Positions 1 to 13,569 of a stretch of 64,000 nucleotides of DNA are shown one piece after another. Position numbers and translations under genes: made by a program. The stretch lies in contig OX597815.1 in assembly GCA_951406725.2 (NCBI GenBank), forward strand, positions 184,946,001 to 185,010,000, in the 5' to 3' direction. Source of the DNA: Octopus vulgaris. Taxonomy: Eukaryota. A model generated the notes under the pieces. The model saw only the letters and a program-made list of their open reading frames with translations, searched no databases and was not told the DNA's origin. The first letter of the stretch is position 1; the number at the start of each line of letters is the position of its first letter.

Positions 1-350
1 TAGAACGGAAATTACAGAATGAAAAAAGTGATTTATATAGAAAAACGTTATATATATCACTCCGATATATGCTAGCCATATTATCGAATTAACTTGTATA
101 TTGAAAATATATTTTTGGAGAATTGCTATTGATTCCTTGTATAATCAAATATATATAATTGTAAACGTAGCTCTATTTCACAGACTATGCGAACAATTTT
201 GTTCGCACTTTTCTTAAATAAATGGTACCTTCGATTCCATGCAATGAATTTTTGCTATAATCAGACACAGCATTTTGAAATTTTTTTGAAAAAAAGCAAT
301 TTAAAATTAACTCTTTCGTTTCTTTTTTATCCTCTCATCAGTCCAAAATA

Positions 351-633
351 GGTACTACTTGAGAGCAGTGGTCCCGGTGCGCGCACTCGCGTAGTCGCGC
401 ATCCGCGGTAGCTAGTCGTGACTAGTCGATCGTACAACGACTACCTAGCAAAGTAAATAAAAGACAAAATAAATAATTTTTTTACACAAAGTAAATAAAA
501 CACAAAAACACAAAGTAAATAATTTTTAAAACAAAGTAAATAACACACAAAAACACAAAGGATCGACTAGTCATGACTAGCTAGCGCGGATGCGCGAGTG
601 CACGCACCGGGACCACTGTTCTCAAGTAGTACC
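351..633. mobile_element. MITE with ~75-80 bp terminal inverted repeats and near-perfect 9-bp target-site duplication (Mutator/MULE-like)
   Basis: 351-431 (GGTACTACTTGAGAGCAGTGGTCCCGG...) is the reverse complement of 561-633 apart from an 8-nt indel and a few substitutions; flanks TCCAAAATA (342-350) and TTCAAAATA (634-642); internal CAAAGTAAATAA subrepeats. Confidence 0.8.
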
Positions 634-2048
634 TTCAAAATATATGTTGGAAACGCACTCCGTGCAAAGACCTATTACAGATGTGTTTCGAGTAAATTAA
701 TTTACTGTTAATTGGTTATATATGTAATTACATCAAATATTACCAGTATCAATATTGAACTTCATTTCTGTGGAATCAAGAAATACTTAAAATAATTGAT
801 TAATAAAAATAAGATTGATTAAAAAATACATAAAATACACACATACAAACATACATACAGAAACCCACATATAAATGAGTTGTTTTGCTTTATAAGTTTT
901 TCAACGTTATTAAAATGTCACAAGGTAAGTTTCAACAGTTCTTGACGCATTGAACAGATCTATAAAGTCTTCTTTCAGTCTGCCATTCCTATAACCAAGC
1001 ATCTATTCGCAATCAACCCTTTATAAACTATGGAACTACTGCTCCAATATGAAATAAGCATGTTTTAGACTTGGTTATTTAGTAACTTGAACCGAGATAA
1101 ATTATAAGATTTACCTTGTAGAATCGCTGAACAAAATCCTTATGAATATGCTTCGGTATTGTCTTGAGCAGAAGATGAATTGACTTAATATTCTAGATTA
1201 TATATTTCGTTGAAATGATCTCTCTTTAAGAAGGGCATTTCCAATACAGAGCCAAGCACTTCATATCGGAAACCCTTACGCATTTTCATGTATATTATAT
1301 ATATGTATACGTATGCACGTACATACACACACACATACACGCACAATCACACTGATTTATATATACTATTCAATTTTGGTTCTACGACTTGATAGCGTTT
1401 GAATTTACCATTCTTGAGGATTTCCATTTAATTTCTAATATATATGCATATATGCAGAGGGAAATCTGTTCCAGGCAGATATATAATCACTGTCAATTGG
1501 ATGGGATTATATTTAATTTGAAAGCGATTTATTATTATTTTTGTTTTGTTCCGTTTATCGTCGTCAGATATTATATGAGCCTACATCTTATAGCGAACAC
1601 ATTAACATGCATCAGTTCACGTTTTCAATACGCTCAACACACGCTGCACACACAAACACACATACATACATATGTATGGGTCCTAAATCTAATGGTAAGG
1701 ATTATAAGAAGCACAATTTCCACAATAGCGGAACAGAGACTAATATATAAATTTTGGAATATGAAAATACAGGACAAACTGAAAGACAATGCGAAGTAAC
1801 GATATATTTCCTTCAAAGAAAATCGATAGACATACCATTTATCTCATATGTAGATGAATTGGTCAGGATATTTCTTACAATTATATTAACACAATGATCA
1901 AATCTGGAGTATTGTATGTGTGTATTGCTTTCGTTTATACTGAATAACGTTGAAGAGATATTAAATATGAGAAATTTCAATGTCTCTATACATTTCTTGC
2001 ATATTTCAAGACTACATTTTTGAGGCGATGTTATACAAACACACACAT

Positions 2049-2312
<264 letters not shown>

Positions 2313-2395
2313 ATGTCACATTTAAAATGTGACCGCTGTGTATCGTTTGCCATTTATTTCGCTCCGTCTTCCCTTCCTTGGATCTTTCTTTTTCC

Positions 2396-2435
2396 CATGT
2401 TTCTGACGAAGAGCTCCGCTCGAAATGTTAAATCC
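2396..2435 (+). ncRNA. Minimal hammerhead ribozyme motif in a Penelope-like end fragment
   Basis: CTGACGA (2403-2409), A, stem II GAGC-TCC-GCTC, GAAA (2422-2425), TGTT; weak stem I GTTT/AAAT; fragment ends in (TA)n. Confidence 0.55.
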
Positions 2436-2901
2436 TCCTTCTTTCTTTCCTTTCCTGAACGTCCAATAACACTTTACTTGTTCCACGTCCTCGCGTTGTT
2501 GTATTTTCTCTTTGTGTTTTCATGTTTGGATTAACTATATATATATATTCATATATACATCACCTGATCGATAGGGAGAAAGATTGGGAGAGATTACGTG
2601 CGTTGGAAGTTTATAAATCTGATTTAAAAGCTTTGATTTCTTACTTGATAATGAGAAAAAAATTATTCGACAAACGAGGTTATAGCATCCAAGGAAGGAA
2701 ATGAAGCAGGAAGAGAAATCTTAAGAAGAATGAGGTAAAAATATTAGAAGGATCGATTTTGTATGAAACTGGGTTTAAATATGTATGTGTGAACGTTTAA
2801 ATTCATATTAAGCAAACGTCTGGCATTTTGAGCATCAGCTGTAGATTTAAAATTAAAATAAACGAATAAATTTGTTAAATAGTGCATAATATGAAAAGTT
2901 T

Positions 2902-2903
<2 letters not shown>

Positions 2904-2957
<54 letters not shown>

Positions 2958-2969
2958 TTTATGTATGTA

Positions 2970-3005
<36 letters not shown>

Positions 3006-3072
3006 CACACATATATACATATATATATGTATATATATATGTATTTGTATACATATATATATATAAACATAA

Positions 3073-3109
<37 letters not shown>

Positions 3110-3123
3110 CATATATATATACA

Positions 3124-3173
<50 letters not shown>

Positions 3174-3244
3174 TATACGTACATACATATATATGTATAT
3201 TTATACATATATATATATGTATACATATATATATATATATATAT
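2904..3244. repeat. (TA)n/(GA)n/(TATG)n low-complexity tract
   Basis: Direct inspection; explains the YI-repeat ORFs. Confidence 0.95.
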
Positions 3245-3250
3245 TCTTTA

Positions 3251-3445
3251 TTCTTTCTTTCATTCTTTCATTTCAGTCATTGGACTGCGGCTATGCTGGA
3301 GTACCGTGTTAAGTCGAACAAATGGACCCTATGACTTATTCTTTGTAAGCGTAGTACTTATTCTATCGGCCTCCTTTGCGGAACCGCTAGCTTACGGGGA
3401 CGTGAATAGACCAAAATTGGTTGTCAAGTGATGGTGAGAGGACAA

Positions 3446-3489
<44 letters not shown>

Positions 3490-3660
3490 ACACACATTCA
3501 CGCATACACACACACACATATATATGCGACGGTTTTTTCAGTTTCCTTCTACCAAATTCACTCACAAGGCTTTGGTCGACCCGAGGCTACAGTGGAAGAC
3601 ACTTGTTCAAGGTGTCACGCAGTGGGAATGCACCTGTATGTGTGGTTGGCAGGCAAGCTA
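3251..3660 (-). mobile_element. tRNA-derived SINE family A (CORE-like CCTTGGGCAAGT segment, internal AC/AT microsatellite), head interrupted by a LINE
   Basis: Aligns by eye to the full copies at 16389, 24551, 28350 and 41889; stops at ...GGCAGGCAAGCTA. Confidence 0.85.
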
Positions 3661-5900
3661 CTTTATTTCATAAAATTTGCCATGAAGGCATTACAGAGAC
3701 GGGACGAACACGGACAGGCAAACATAAAAAGGTGTAGTAGCTGCCATAACGTTTAAAAATTTGTGATGATAAATTTATCATACAATTTGAAAATCACAAA
3801 TTACTATTTACAAATTACAATTTACAAATTACTAATTACCAATTACATGATAACATGTTACTCATTGCGATTTGCAATGACTTCGCTGAAGGAAAGGCAC
3901 CCGACCACCAGGATGGAACCCTTGCCTTCTCTTTCCCTTTCTTTTTTTTTTTTTTTTTTGGACTCCACTTATCTGGTGCCAATCGCTCCCAGCTTCCTCG
4001 CCACAGGCTTCCATCTTTTCATGAATCTATCTCGTGACAGATACGTCTTCTCCAACCTGATTTACTACTCAGGTGCTAACTAAAATAGTTAACCAACCCC
4101 TGGCCGGATACAAAAGTACCCATCACTATGCCTCTTACACGCGTCTTCCATACTGTTTCTTTCAGTATGGCCACTACGCAGAAAAAGTAAGCCTTCCTTT
4201 CCCTGTTAAGGGAAGGAGGCGGCACAATCTCAATGATAGACTCAGCCGATAGCTGTGCTCTTCCCATCGATGACAACAGTTGCTCTGTGAAAACTATCAG
4301 TCTCGTTAATTCCGGACATTCCAAAAATGCGTGCAAGACGGTTTCTCTGTCCCGCCCGCACCTCGGACATGTCGGCGAGGCACTTCCGTGCCTTGACAGT
4401 TTATCAAGAACAGGTAACGCCGCACGGAAGCACTGCCAAGCCAGGGATTTCTGATAATTGTCCTGATACCCCGGCACGAAAGTTCTCCAGAACAGGTTGA
4501 TCAACTGATTTTCATCGTAGCCCAGGTTCTCCACCAAGGAGGCTTCGGGCTTAAACTCCACTAACCCACTATAGAAATCCGCAGTAGAACTCCTATTGGC
4601 GGCATTGCCCGCCCGAGAGAGTAGCTGAAGTGCCTGGCGGCACTCTAATTGCCAGTCCCGCAGCCAAGGTCTCTGCTTGATGCAATTCCCAATGTCCGTT
4701 AAGGACGTTAATTGCGGATGGTTGAACCGGACGTGCGGTGACCACACCTGATCCCCATCCAGGTAAAGCCAGATGTGCTTCAACGTTAACGCGAATTTTC
4801 GCATCCTCAGCCAGGGCATCCTTAGCCCACCCTTTAGCGGTTTCTGGCAGCAGATAGAGCGCTTCACGAGTGGATTCCCTCCCTTCCTCAAAAAGCGGAA
4901 AAGGATTCTCTCCAACTTGTTCAGTCAAATCGGGGCAAAGCACCACTTCCAGGCGGTAGGTGGTAACCGACGCTATAAACATTTGCACCGCCTTCGCTCT
5001 TCCTAGCAATGACAACACCCGTCCAGACCAGATCTATGTCAACTGTCCTTCTTTTCAATTTTTCAACACTAGGTGAGGGTGATATTTTTATATCACCCGC
5101 ATCTTCTTTTATTTCTTCAAAAAGCTCTGAGAGCTTTCCCTTTGGTAGTTCGACGTTTTCAGTAGCCACCGCGGTAACTGTTGAAAATTTCTTAACTGGC
5201 TCTTCCAGTGAATTTTTATCAGAAATTACTTCGATCGACGTATTCGTTCGAAATAAATTTATACACAATTTAATACTAGAAAACGGGAAACCTATAATTT
5301 TTTTTTTTTTTCCTCTCAACGAGGACAACAGTTCAAATCCCACCCCCGCTGGGGAGCGAGCCATAACAACAAAACCTACAACGGTCGATATTCAATTTTT
5401 CACACAAGAATAAAAATACGGTATCCAAAAAAAACCAGGAAACCTATAATATGTTTTTTTCTCTCACAACGAGGACAACAGTTCAAATCTCACCCCGCTA
5501 GGGGCGGGGTGCCACAGTATAACCTACGACGGCTAAAATTAAAATTTTCACACAATAATAAATTGATTATCCCTAGAAACGGGAAACCTATAATTTTTTT
5601 TCCTCTTAAGGACGATAACAGTTCGAATCCCACCCCCGCTGGTGGTGGGTACGACAATAAAGTCTACAACGGCTTTAACAAGTTCAATATCTCAACAGTT
5701 CACGATTGCAAAAATGGCTTTACACAAACAATTGCTTTCTCTCGTCACCGGGAAAAAGCACAAGCATTTTCAAAGTTTAACAGTTCAACAATGTTCAACA
5801 GTTCGAAAATGTTCAACAATAAATAATTCCAACAGAAAAATTATCCAGCGCTCAACAAAACGTTTGACTCACCGCCAAAAAATACGTCTAACCACGAGAC
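3661..5900 (-). mobile_element. L1/Tx1-clade non-LTR retrotransposon, internally deleted (5'UTR with tandem repeats, probable ORF1 N-terminus, ORF2 C-terminus, 3'UTR with AATAAA)
   Basis: ORFs 4076-4915 and 4593-5018 are homologous to the C-terminal part of the 47-49 kb ORF2 (LSLLGRA, GGLRMPWL, CPRCGRDRETVLHAFLEC zinc knuckle); minus-strand AATAAA at 3662-3667. Confidence 0.85.
5277..5680 (-). repeat. Three ~140-160 bp tandem repeats in the LINE 5'UTR
   Basis: GGAAACCTATAAT(T)n...ACAACAGTTCAAATCCCACCCCCGCT recurs near 5280, 5438 and 5577. Confidence 0.85.
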
Positions 5901-5989
5901 AGGTAAGTAAACTACTTTATTTCATTATATTGGCTATAAAAGTTGTAAATATATAAAAATATACGATAAATAATACCCCAAAGTGTGAT

Positions 5990-6270
5990 ATGTAGATGCA
6001 TATAACTCTGAAATGTTGCACTTAATTAATTTGGAAATTTGTCTTCCCAAATTATTTATATTAATCATACAATTGGTTCTACCACTTGGACTTCTTATAT
6101 ATGTCAGAAATGGATCTTTCAGGTAGGGTTGAGATGATAGAGGGGAACTCATCTTTGAAGGATATATCTATTCCCAGCAGGAAAGAATATATACAGGACC
6201 TAATTAACCAGCTAAAAAATTTATAGATAGAATGAAATGGAAGGCTCACTACTACAATAACAACAATCCT
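5990..6270 (+). pseudogene. Degraded Penelope-like element ORF N-terminus
   Basis: Translation with one frameshift, SLKDISIPSRKEYIQDLINQL..IDRMKWKAHYY, resembles the recurrent PLE N-terminal SLKNIP...RMRWKA motif. Confidence 0.55.
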
Positions 6271-6605
6271 ACGCGTGTAGTTCCTTTATATTTAATGAAT
6301 ATAGGTATTAACTAAAGTAAGATATAATTTATGAAGTATAGTATATACCCTGCTGGTAATTTTGATTATATCCTTTAAGTATTATTTCGTGATGTGCAAA
6401 CTGATACTATGAGTTTACTGCCAGATATATGTATGCGGTATTTTATGCGTTGAGAAATTCTGCTCATTTCAAAAACAAAAGTCCATTCACGCAAGAACGC
6501 GCGCGCGTATGTATGTGTATATAAATGTTTATAAACATAAGAAATGGTATACTAATACTTATATGTTAATATAAATGTATATATACTTACATATACATAC
6601 TTACT

Positions 6606-6649
<44 letters not shown>

Positions 6650-6731
6650 CACAACCATTTAAGCACGTATATATGCATGACACATGCACACACTCAAATA
6701 TGTATGTGTCTGTGTGTGTATATATATATAA

Positions 6732-6781
<50 letters not shown>

Positions 6782-6894
6782 TGTTGTATTTGGGGATGGT
6801 CATGTTGCCAGTTTAACCGATAAAAACACACGCACTATATATTTGGTGTTTATTCGCTTCAGCTTTATCTTATTTTTTATATTAATCGTATTTC

Positions 6895-6939
6895 GGCCAG
6901 AATACTTTCGTCACACTTCTGTGACCTCATCAGTGATCC
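6895..6939 (-). ncRNA. Minimal hammerhead ribozyme motif (Penelope-like end)
   Basis: Minus strand GGATCA CTGATGA G GTCAC-AGAAGT-GTGAC GAAA GTATTC TGGCC: intact core and perfect 5-bp stem II. Confidence 0.65.
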
Positions 6940-7052
6940 ACTGCTTTCTTCTTTCTTTTTTGTGTGTCTTTCCTTACTAATGATCAGCCATTTTGCAAAA
7001 CGAATATATAAACCTAATAATACGTACATACATTATAATACGTATATATACA

Positions 7053-7084
<32 letters not shown>

Positions 7085-8352
7085 CATATATACATACATA
7101 TATATATATATACATATAAACATACATATATATATATATATACATATATACATACATACATGTACATACATACATACATACATACATATATTCATACATA
7201 TGTATATATACATATACATACATAAATATATACATACATATATACATACATATATACATACATATACATACATATATATATATATATATGCATAATATAT
7301 ATATACATATATATATATATTTATATATATATATAAGTAAACTGTGTTATCTTTATGTTAGGTTTTCATAAATCATGGCAATAAAGGTCTGTGCTTCCCA
7401 AATGGGTTCATGCAAAGTCCTTAGATGTAGCATTTATTCCTGTTTTCCAGTTTATTGTTGATGTTGTTAAGGCTGTAATGTCATATAGAAGGATATCTGA
7501 GAAGTTATATTTCCCTCTCCTTCTATGCAGAATCTAAAATTCTCTTAACCTGGCACAACTCTGACCTATATCAATCATTAGAATAATTCTCAAGACTGTC
7601 AAGAAGCGTAAGATTTCTGTAATTCCTGCAACGATCAAACGAAATGCTAAACATATTCTGGCTACGTCTAGTGAGCCATTGATCTGTATGTAATTTGTTG
7701 TAACACAATTTTGCCTCAATAATTGAGGTTGCGCATTTTAGATTTACTAAGGATTGCCGTTCAAGACAAGTCTAGCTGAATTAAACCAATAATTTGCTCA
7801 GCAATTTCTCTTGCCTCATTAAGTTAAATACAAGGAGGAAACAAAATAAGCAAATTGCGTTTGATTTTTAAGCTCGTGTTTGCAAGAAAATCTTTGGCAA
7901 ATATGTCCACGTAACAAAATTGTTTGCACAATTTGAAATCGAAGATAATTTTGTGATAGTATGTACGAAAATTCTGGCATATTTACAAAGTAAAATGTTG
8001 TTTGGAAAAGAGAACAGTCGTACATAATAAATCTAAAATCCCAAACTAAATTTATCTCCTTTCATATTTCTTTAGAAACGGATTGACCGTGGGAGTATAA
8101 GAATTATTAAATTATTTTAGATGCATATTTTCAAAGTTTTAATGATTTTGATCATCACAATTTCATTTTAATATGTTTTCCACTAGTTTGACGAAGGTTT
8201 CTACAGCACCGTTCACTTTATGATTTTGATTCCGCTGTGTGTGTAGCATTGGGTTGGGTAGTGTAGGATTGCTTTTAAATGCTACATCTGTTTTGCTTAG
8301 TTGAAGATTTGTTTTGTTGCTATCATTATTATTATCATTATTATTATTATCA

Positions 8353-8383
<31 letters not shown>

Positions 8384-8639
8384 GGTTGTTGTTGTTGTTA
8401 TTATTATTATTTTCATTATCATCTTTCAATTCTGTTTCCCTTTTTCGCCGAGTGTCTTCCTGATACATAGGGCAGAGAAACGCACTGTATACATTGGCAA
8501 GCCATTAAAATAAGCGCTAAGCACACTAGATTGTTCATTTACAAAGTCATGTGACAGAGAAAATGAGGAAGAAAGACAGAGAGAAAAAGGAAAAAAAGGA
8601 AAATTAAAAAATGTAATCACAGAAAATAATGGGGAGATA

Positions 8640-9900
8640 AAGAACTGGAATATTTTGCTAATATTCCAGTTCAACCCATTGAAACTGTAAATAACAACCG
8701 GAACTGCTAAGGAATTTATAGCTAACACATTGTTACGTGCATTTAACTCGGATTTTAGGATTGCTTGAACTCTCCTGTAACACTGCTTCCTGATCTTCTC
8801 TTTCATACTTGCATACTAAAGGCCAGAGCTCTCCTTTATTCCGAGGTATTTGTAAGTTTCCTCCTGCTCGAGTTCTTTTATGACTGCGTCAACATCCAAC
8901 ACCACTGAATGTGAGGTCTTTAGTTTCCCATTGTGCAAAGAAGCCTTGATACATTTATCAAGACCAAATTCCATCTCAATGTCATCACTGAATGCTTTCA
9001 CAGTATGTAGTAGTCCTTCAAGCTCATTATAGTCTTTGCCATAACATTTTACCTCATCCATATAAAACATATGATTTATTTTCTCGTCGCCTATTCTATA
9101 TCTATACCCTGTTCTGTTAAGTTCACTTGTAAGTGGTATTAGGGCTATACAAAAAATCAAAAGTGTGTCATCTTGGAAAATGCCGCAGTTGATATTAATA
9201 ATTTTTGCGATCTGTACTCCATTAAGTTGGCATAATTGGAGATTCGTATTCCACAATGACATGTAAATCAGGAAGTTTGAAATCACCGGAGAAATTCTGA
9301 CTATTAACGATTTCAAGATCCATGAATGTGGTATGCTGTCGAAGGCTTTTTATAATCAATCCAAGCAGGACTGAGATTTCTGTGATTGTTCTGATACGTC
9401 TCAAGGCTCATGCGATTGATTAAGAATCGGTCTTTGCATCCATATGAGCTTCGTCGGCACCCCTTTTGTTCAGTGGGGAAAATATCGTTCTGTACCATAA
9501 ATTTGTATGTTTTCTCTACGAGGATGGACGTTAAAATTTTATACGTGGTAAATGTTATGGGCCAATAGTTTTGTGGAGATTTGGTTTCATTATTCTTCGG
9601 GAGTAGATAAGTGGTACCTCTTTCTAACCAATCAGGTGTTTTCCTAGAATCTCTCATAATTTCATTGAATAAATGGACTAACTTTCCGTGGGCGCAGGGG
9701 AGCGATGCGAGCCAGAAACTTGGCACCCTATCATTACCAGGGAATTTCTACTTATGAGCTTCCGTGAGTGTCATCCTTAGGTCTGTTTCCCATGCTTGCT
9801 ATGGCACGTTTCGGTCGGATCCTTCTGTGCGTATAATCCAGTCTAAATTTTCATTTTAAGTCTTTTCATCACTCCAAATATATTTCTAAAAGTGTTCAAC
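8640..9900 (-). pseudogene. R4/Dong-clade non-LTR reverse transcriptase, frameshifted
   Basis: PDWLERGTTYLLPK...NYWPIT...EQKGC...AWIDYKK; GIFQDDTL; HMFYMDEVK; EFGLDKC; YKYLGI; INSLAVPVVIYSF. Confidence 0.85.
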
Positions 9901-9995
9901 TTCCATGAGAGGGGAGTTTCTAAAGGTTACTTTCTCCTTCCCTGTTATCATCATCATCATCATCATCATGATCATCATCATCATTATTATTATAA

Positions 9996-10058
<63 letters not shown>

Positions 10059-10061
<3 letters not shown>

Positions 10062-10330
10062 TAGTCTTATTTTTATCACGTGCTTTCACTGCAGTACTGA
10101 ACACAGCTCTGTGAGACTTGGCTATGCGCTGTGGTTTGTTGTGATGCTCTTCTTTTCACTGTTTTGAATATGTTCTACGCAGGGAATGTGCAGTACGTAT
10201 TAGTGCTATTTTTTGTATGTTATATATACATGTTCGTCCTAGTATTTTTGTTATTTACTTGTCTGAACGTTTTTTTTTTTATCATACCTAATGTGCCTGA
10301 TATAATCCTATGACACTACTGCTATTTGCT
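10059..10330 (-). mobile_element. R4/Dong 3' end abutting (TAA)n
   Basis: Same 3'UTR as 11494-12082 and 60214-60500; terminus ...CTACTG directly followed by the AAT repeat. Confidence 0.75.
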
Positions 10331-10349
10331 GCAACTACATTTGGGGATC

Positions 10350-10700
10350 TGCCATGCAGAGCCTTCTTCTTCCAGTCAGATAATTTCTGTTCTATTTCTT
10401 CTGGTTTTTAACTTCGTTTCGTTTTTTTTAGATTTCCCTATGTCTTGCTGTGACTCTAGCAGCTCTTAATAAATTTTCTTTACTATTACCTACATCTTCT
10501 CCAGCTAACTCCACGCAGTTTTCTGCTGATATTAACCCTCTTCCACTTTCCTTTCTAAGAAAGCATAATCTTGCTACACCTGCTCTTGGAGTCCTCCATT
10601 CATATTGAATTCCAACCTAATTCTGTCTAGCTTTAAAAATTCAGTTTTTGTGCAACCTACAAACGCTGCTCAGTATTTAAGTAACGATACTGCCCAAGTA
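10350..10700 (-). pseudogene. R4-clade post-RT fragment
   Basis: Minus-strand translation PRAGVARLCFLRKESGRGLISAENCVEL...DWKKKALHG matches the R4 'RLYL.RK.GGRGL' and 'W..K.LHG' region. Confidence 0.65.
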
Positions 10701-10830
10701 TTTATTATTTGTGATTAGAATTTTCCTCACAGTTTTGCAATTTTCGAATAGAGGTATTGGTATTGCAATCATCCGTTTATATTTTCAGGCACTTGTTGCA
10801 TCGGCGGCGCATCTGAAGGAAGCTATTTCC

Positions 10831-10864
<34 letters not shown>

Positions 10865-11235
10865 TCCATACGAGGAAAAAAACCCTTCCGTTTCCGGAGA
10901 TGACTTACATTAAAACACAGCTTACTTTCATTGTTTTTTTAGGGTCCTTAATTCCTGCTTCGTGATGGTTTCACGTTTGATCTAGCTTCCCGGAAGCTCG
11001 CTTCACAAGGTCATGTTGTTTGCTACTCTTCTTCTTCTTCTTCTTCTTCTTCTTCTTCTTCTTCTTCTTCTTCTTCTTCTTCTTCTTCTTCTTCTTCTTC
11101 TTCTTCTTCTATTTCAAGGTCTTTATACTTGCTCAGTGTTTGGTAGGTCTTGACATGCATTTATGTCGATTGGGACAGTCATATCGATGAGGAAGCATGA
11201 TGCTTGTCTAAGGTCCTTCAGTATATTGCCTGGCC

Positions 11236-11452
11236 TAAGTCGGTGAGCTGGCAGAAACGTTAGCACGCTGGGCGAAATGCTTACCGGTATTTTGTCTGTC
11301 TTTACATTCTAAGTTCAAGTTCAGCCGAGGTCGACTTTGCCTTTCATCCTTTCGGGTTCGATAAATTAAGCACAAGTCGCGTACTGGAGTCGATCTAATC
11401 GACTGCACCCACCTCTCCAAAACTTTCAGGCCTTGTGCCTCGAGTAGAAAAG
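11236..11452 (+). mobile_element. tRNA-derived SINE family B
   Basis: GGTGAGCTGGCAGAAACG head, B-box-like AGTTCAAGTTC, GTCGACTTTGCCTTTCATCCTTTCGGG central domain. Confidence 0.85.
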
Positions 11453-11493
11453 CGTATAATGTATGGCCTACTGGCATTATTATTATTATTATT

Positions 11494-12082
11494 CAGTAGT
11501 TTTATTTTTATAGCGTGCTTTCACTTCACTACCGGGCGCAGCTCTGTGTGCCTTAGGTATGTGCTGTGATTTGTTGTGATGCTCTGATGGTTATTGTATG
11601 GAAAGTGTTCTGCGTAGGATGTGTGCAGTGCCTAGTAGTGCAATTTTCTGTATGTTATATGTGTTTGTAAGTCCTGGTGTTTTTGTTATGTATTTGTCTG
11701 AATATTTTTTTATCATGCCTAATGCACCTACTATGATAGGAATTGTTTCTGTTTTTAGATTCTACATTCTGGTTACCTCTATTTCTAGGTCTTTGTATTT
11801 TGAAAGTTTCTCCATTTCTTTTAGAGACACGTTGTCATCTGCCGGTATTGATACATCAATTAGAAAGCATTTTTTTCTTCATGATCTCTGACAACTATAT
11901 CTGGTCTGTTGGCCTTAATTTCTCTATCTGTGTGTATCGGCATATCCCAGAGTATGGTTGCTTTCTCGTTTTCTGTGACCTTTTCTGGTGTGTGCCTATA
12001 CCATCTTTTTTCTGTTGTTATCCCATAATGTTGGCATAGCTTCCTGTGTATGTAGGTTCCAACTCTGTCATACTTTTTCTTC
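11494..12082 (-). mobile_element. R4/Dong 3' fragment with restriction-like endonuclease domain, flanked by TAA/GAA repeats
   Basis: DRVGTYIH...ILWDMPIHTDREIKANRPDIVV (PD-(D/E)xK RLE); 3'UTR ends in (TAA)n. Confidence 0.85.
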
Positions 12083-12096
12083 ATCATCTTCTTCTT

Positions 12097-12127
<31 letters not shown>

Positions 12128-12152
12128 TTATTATTATTCTTCTTATTATTAA

Positions 12153-12255
<103 letters not shown>

Positions 12256-12693
12256 ATTATTATCGATAGAATTTTTAGGAAAGAATATTTTAATATTTCA
12301 GACACATGTAAGATTTCATCGTGAATTAAATATAAGCAAATAAATGAATAATGAGAAACCATGCCTCCTTTGAAGTATAGACGATTAATGGATAATAAAC
12401 GATTTTACATTAAAAATATATGAATATTGTAATAAAAACGATAGCATGAATAATATGCGCTGAGTAGTCACAACACAACCAGTAGTAGTAGAAATATCAG
12501 TTATGCAAAAGAGGAGTTTTATGATGATTCCAAATTGTCTCACCTTAGAAACTAAATCCATTTGCACAAAAATGCAAAATATATATTCATATACCTCTGT
12601 TAAAATGTAGACAATCATACACACACAAAGATACACGCAGACACTCATATATATGTATAAGATAATAAAAGAGAAGGAATAATAATGATGATG

Positions 12694-12727
<34 letters not shown>

Positions 12728-12780
12728 TAACAATAATGATAATAATAAAATAATAATAATAATAATAACAATAATGATAA

Positions 12781-13228
12781 TTGTTTGTTTGGCATCCTTT
12801 CTGTCTCGGGAGACAATGGAGTTGCGCATTTTTTTTTTTCCAGGTCTAGTCCGGCTGTTATATTTTATTTCCTGTTACATTTCTTGCTGTGGCTGTGTAG
12901 TCCTATCCTGGACAAACACTCCCTCTGGCAGGTACTGCAAATGTAGCGAAGACTGTTCCTGGCTGGTTGTAGTGCCATGGTCTCTTGTTTATGTCTCTTC
13001 CTTTCTTTCATTTCTCCTCTCTCTTTCTGTCACTCCTCTGTATACCCTCTTTTACTGTACGTCGCCATTCTCCACGGTTGCCGGCGACTGCCTCCCAACC
13101 GCTAATGTTGATGTTGTAGGCCTTCATATCCCTTTTGCAAACATCCTTGTAACGTAAGATCGGTCTACCCACAGACCTAGTACCCCTAGCAAGCTCTCCG
13201 TAGAGTATGTCCTTGGGGATTCTGCCAT
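12781..13228 (-). mobile_element. RTE-clade LINE 3' fragment
   Basis: GRIPKDILYGELARGTRSVGRPILRYKDVCKRDMK, then a C2H2-like tail and short 3'UTR; flanked by TAA tracts. Confidence 0.85.
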
Positions 13229-13264
13229 GATAATAATGATAATAATAATAAAATAATAATAATG

Positions 13265-13295
<31 letters not shown>

Positions 13296-13420
13296 TAATA
13301 ATAATAATGATAATAATAAAATAGTAGTAATAATAATAATAATAATATCATAATAACAATAACAATAATGATGATAATAATGATGATTATAATAAAATAG
13401 TAATAACAATAATAATGATG

Positions 13421-13471
<51 letters not shown>

Positions 13472-13483
13472 GTGATAATGGAG

Positions 13484-13549
<66 letters not shown>

Positions 13550-13569
13550 GGCTACAGCAAATAATAATA

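Noticed and set aside
310-345. Minus-strand CTGATGA...GAAA as a hammerhead
   Set aside because: No stem II pairing between the two core halves.
7340-8300. Further degraded Penelope-like coding remnants (also ~1800-2010, 18050-19250, 24100-24540, 29900-30650, 62360-62550)
   Set aside because: Suggestive composition and partial motifs only; too decayed to assign without a profile search.
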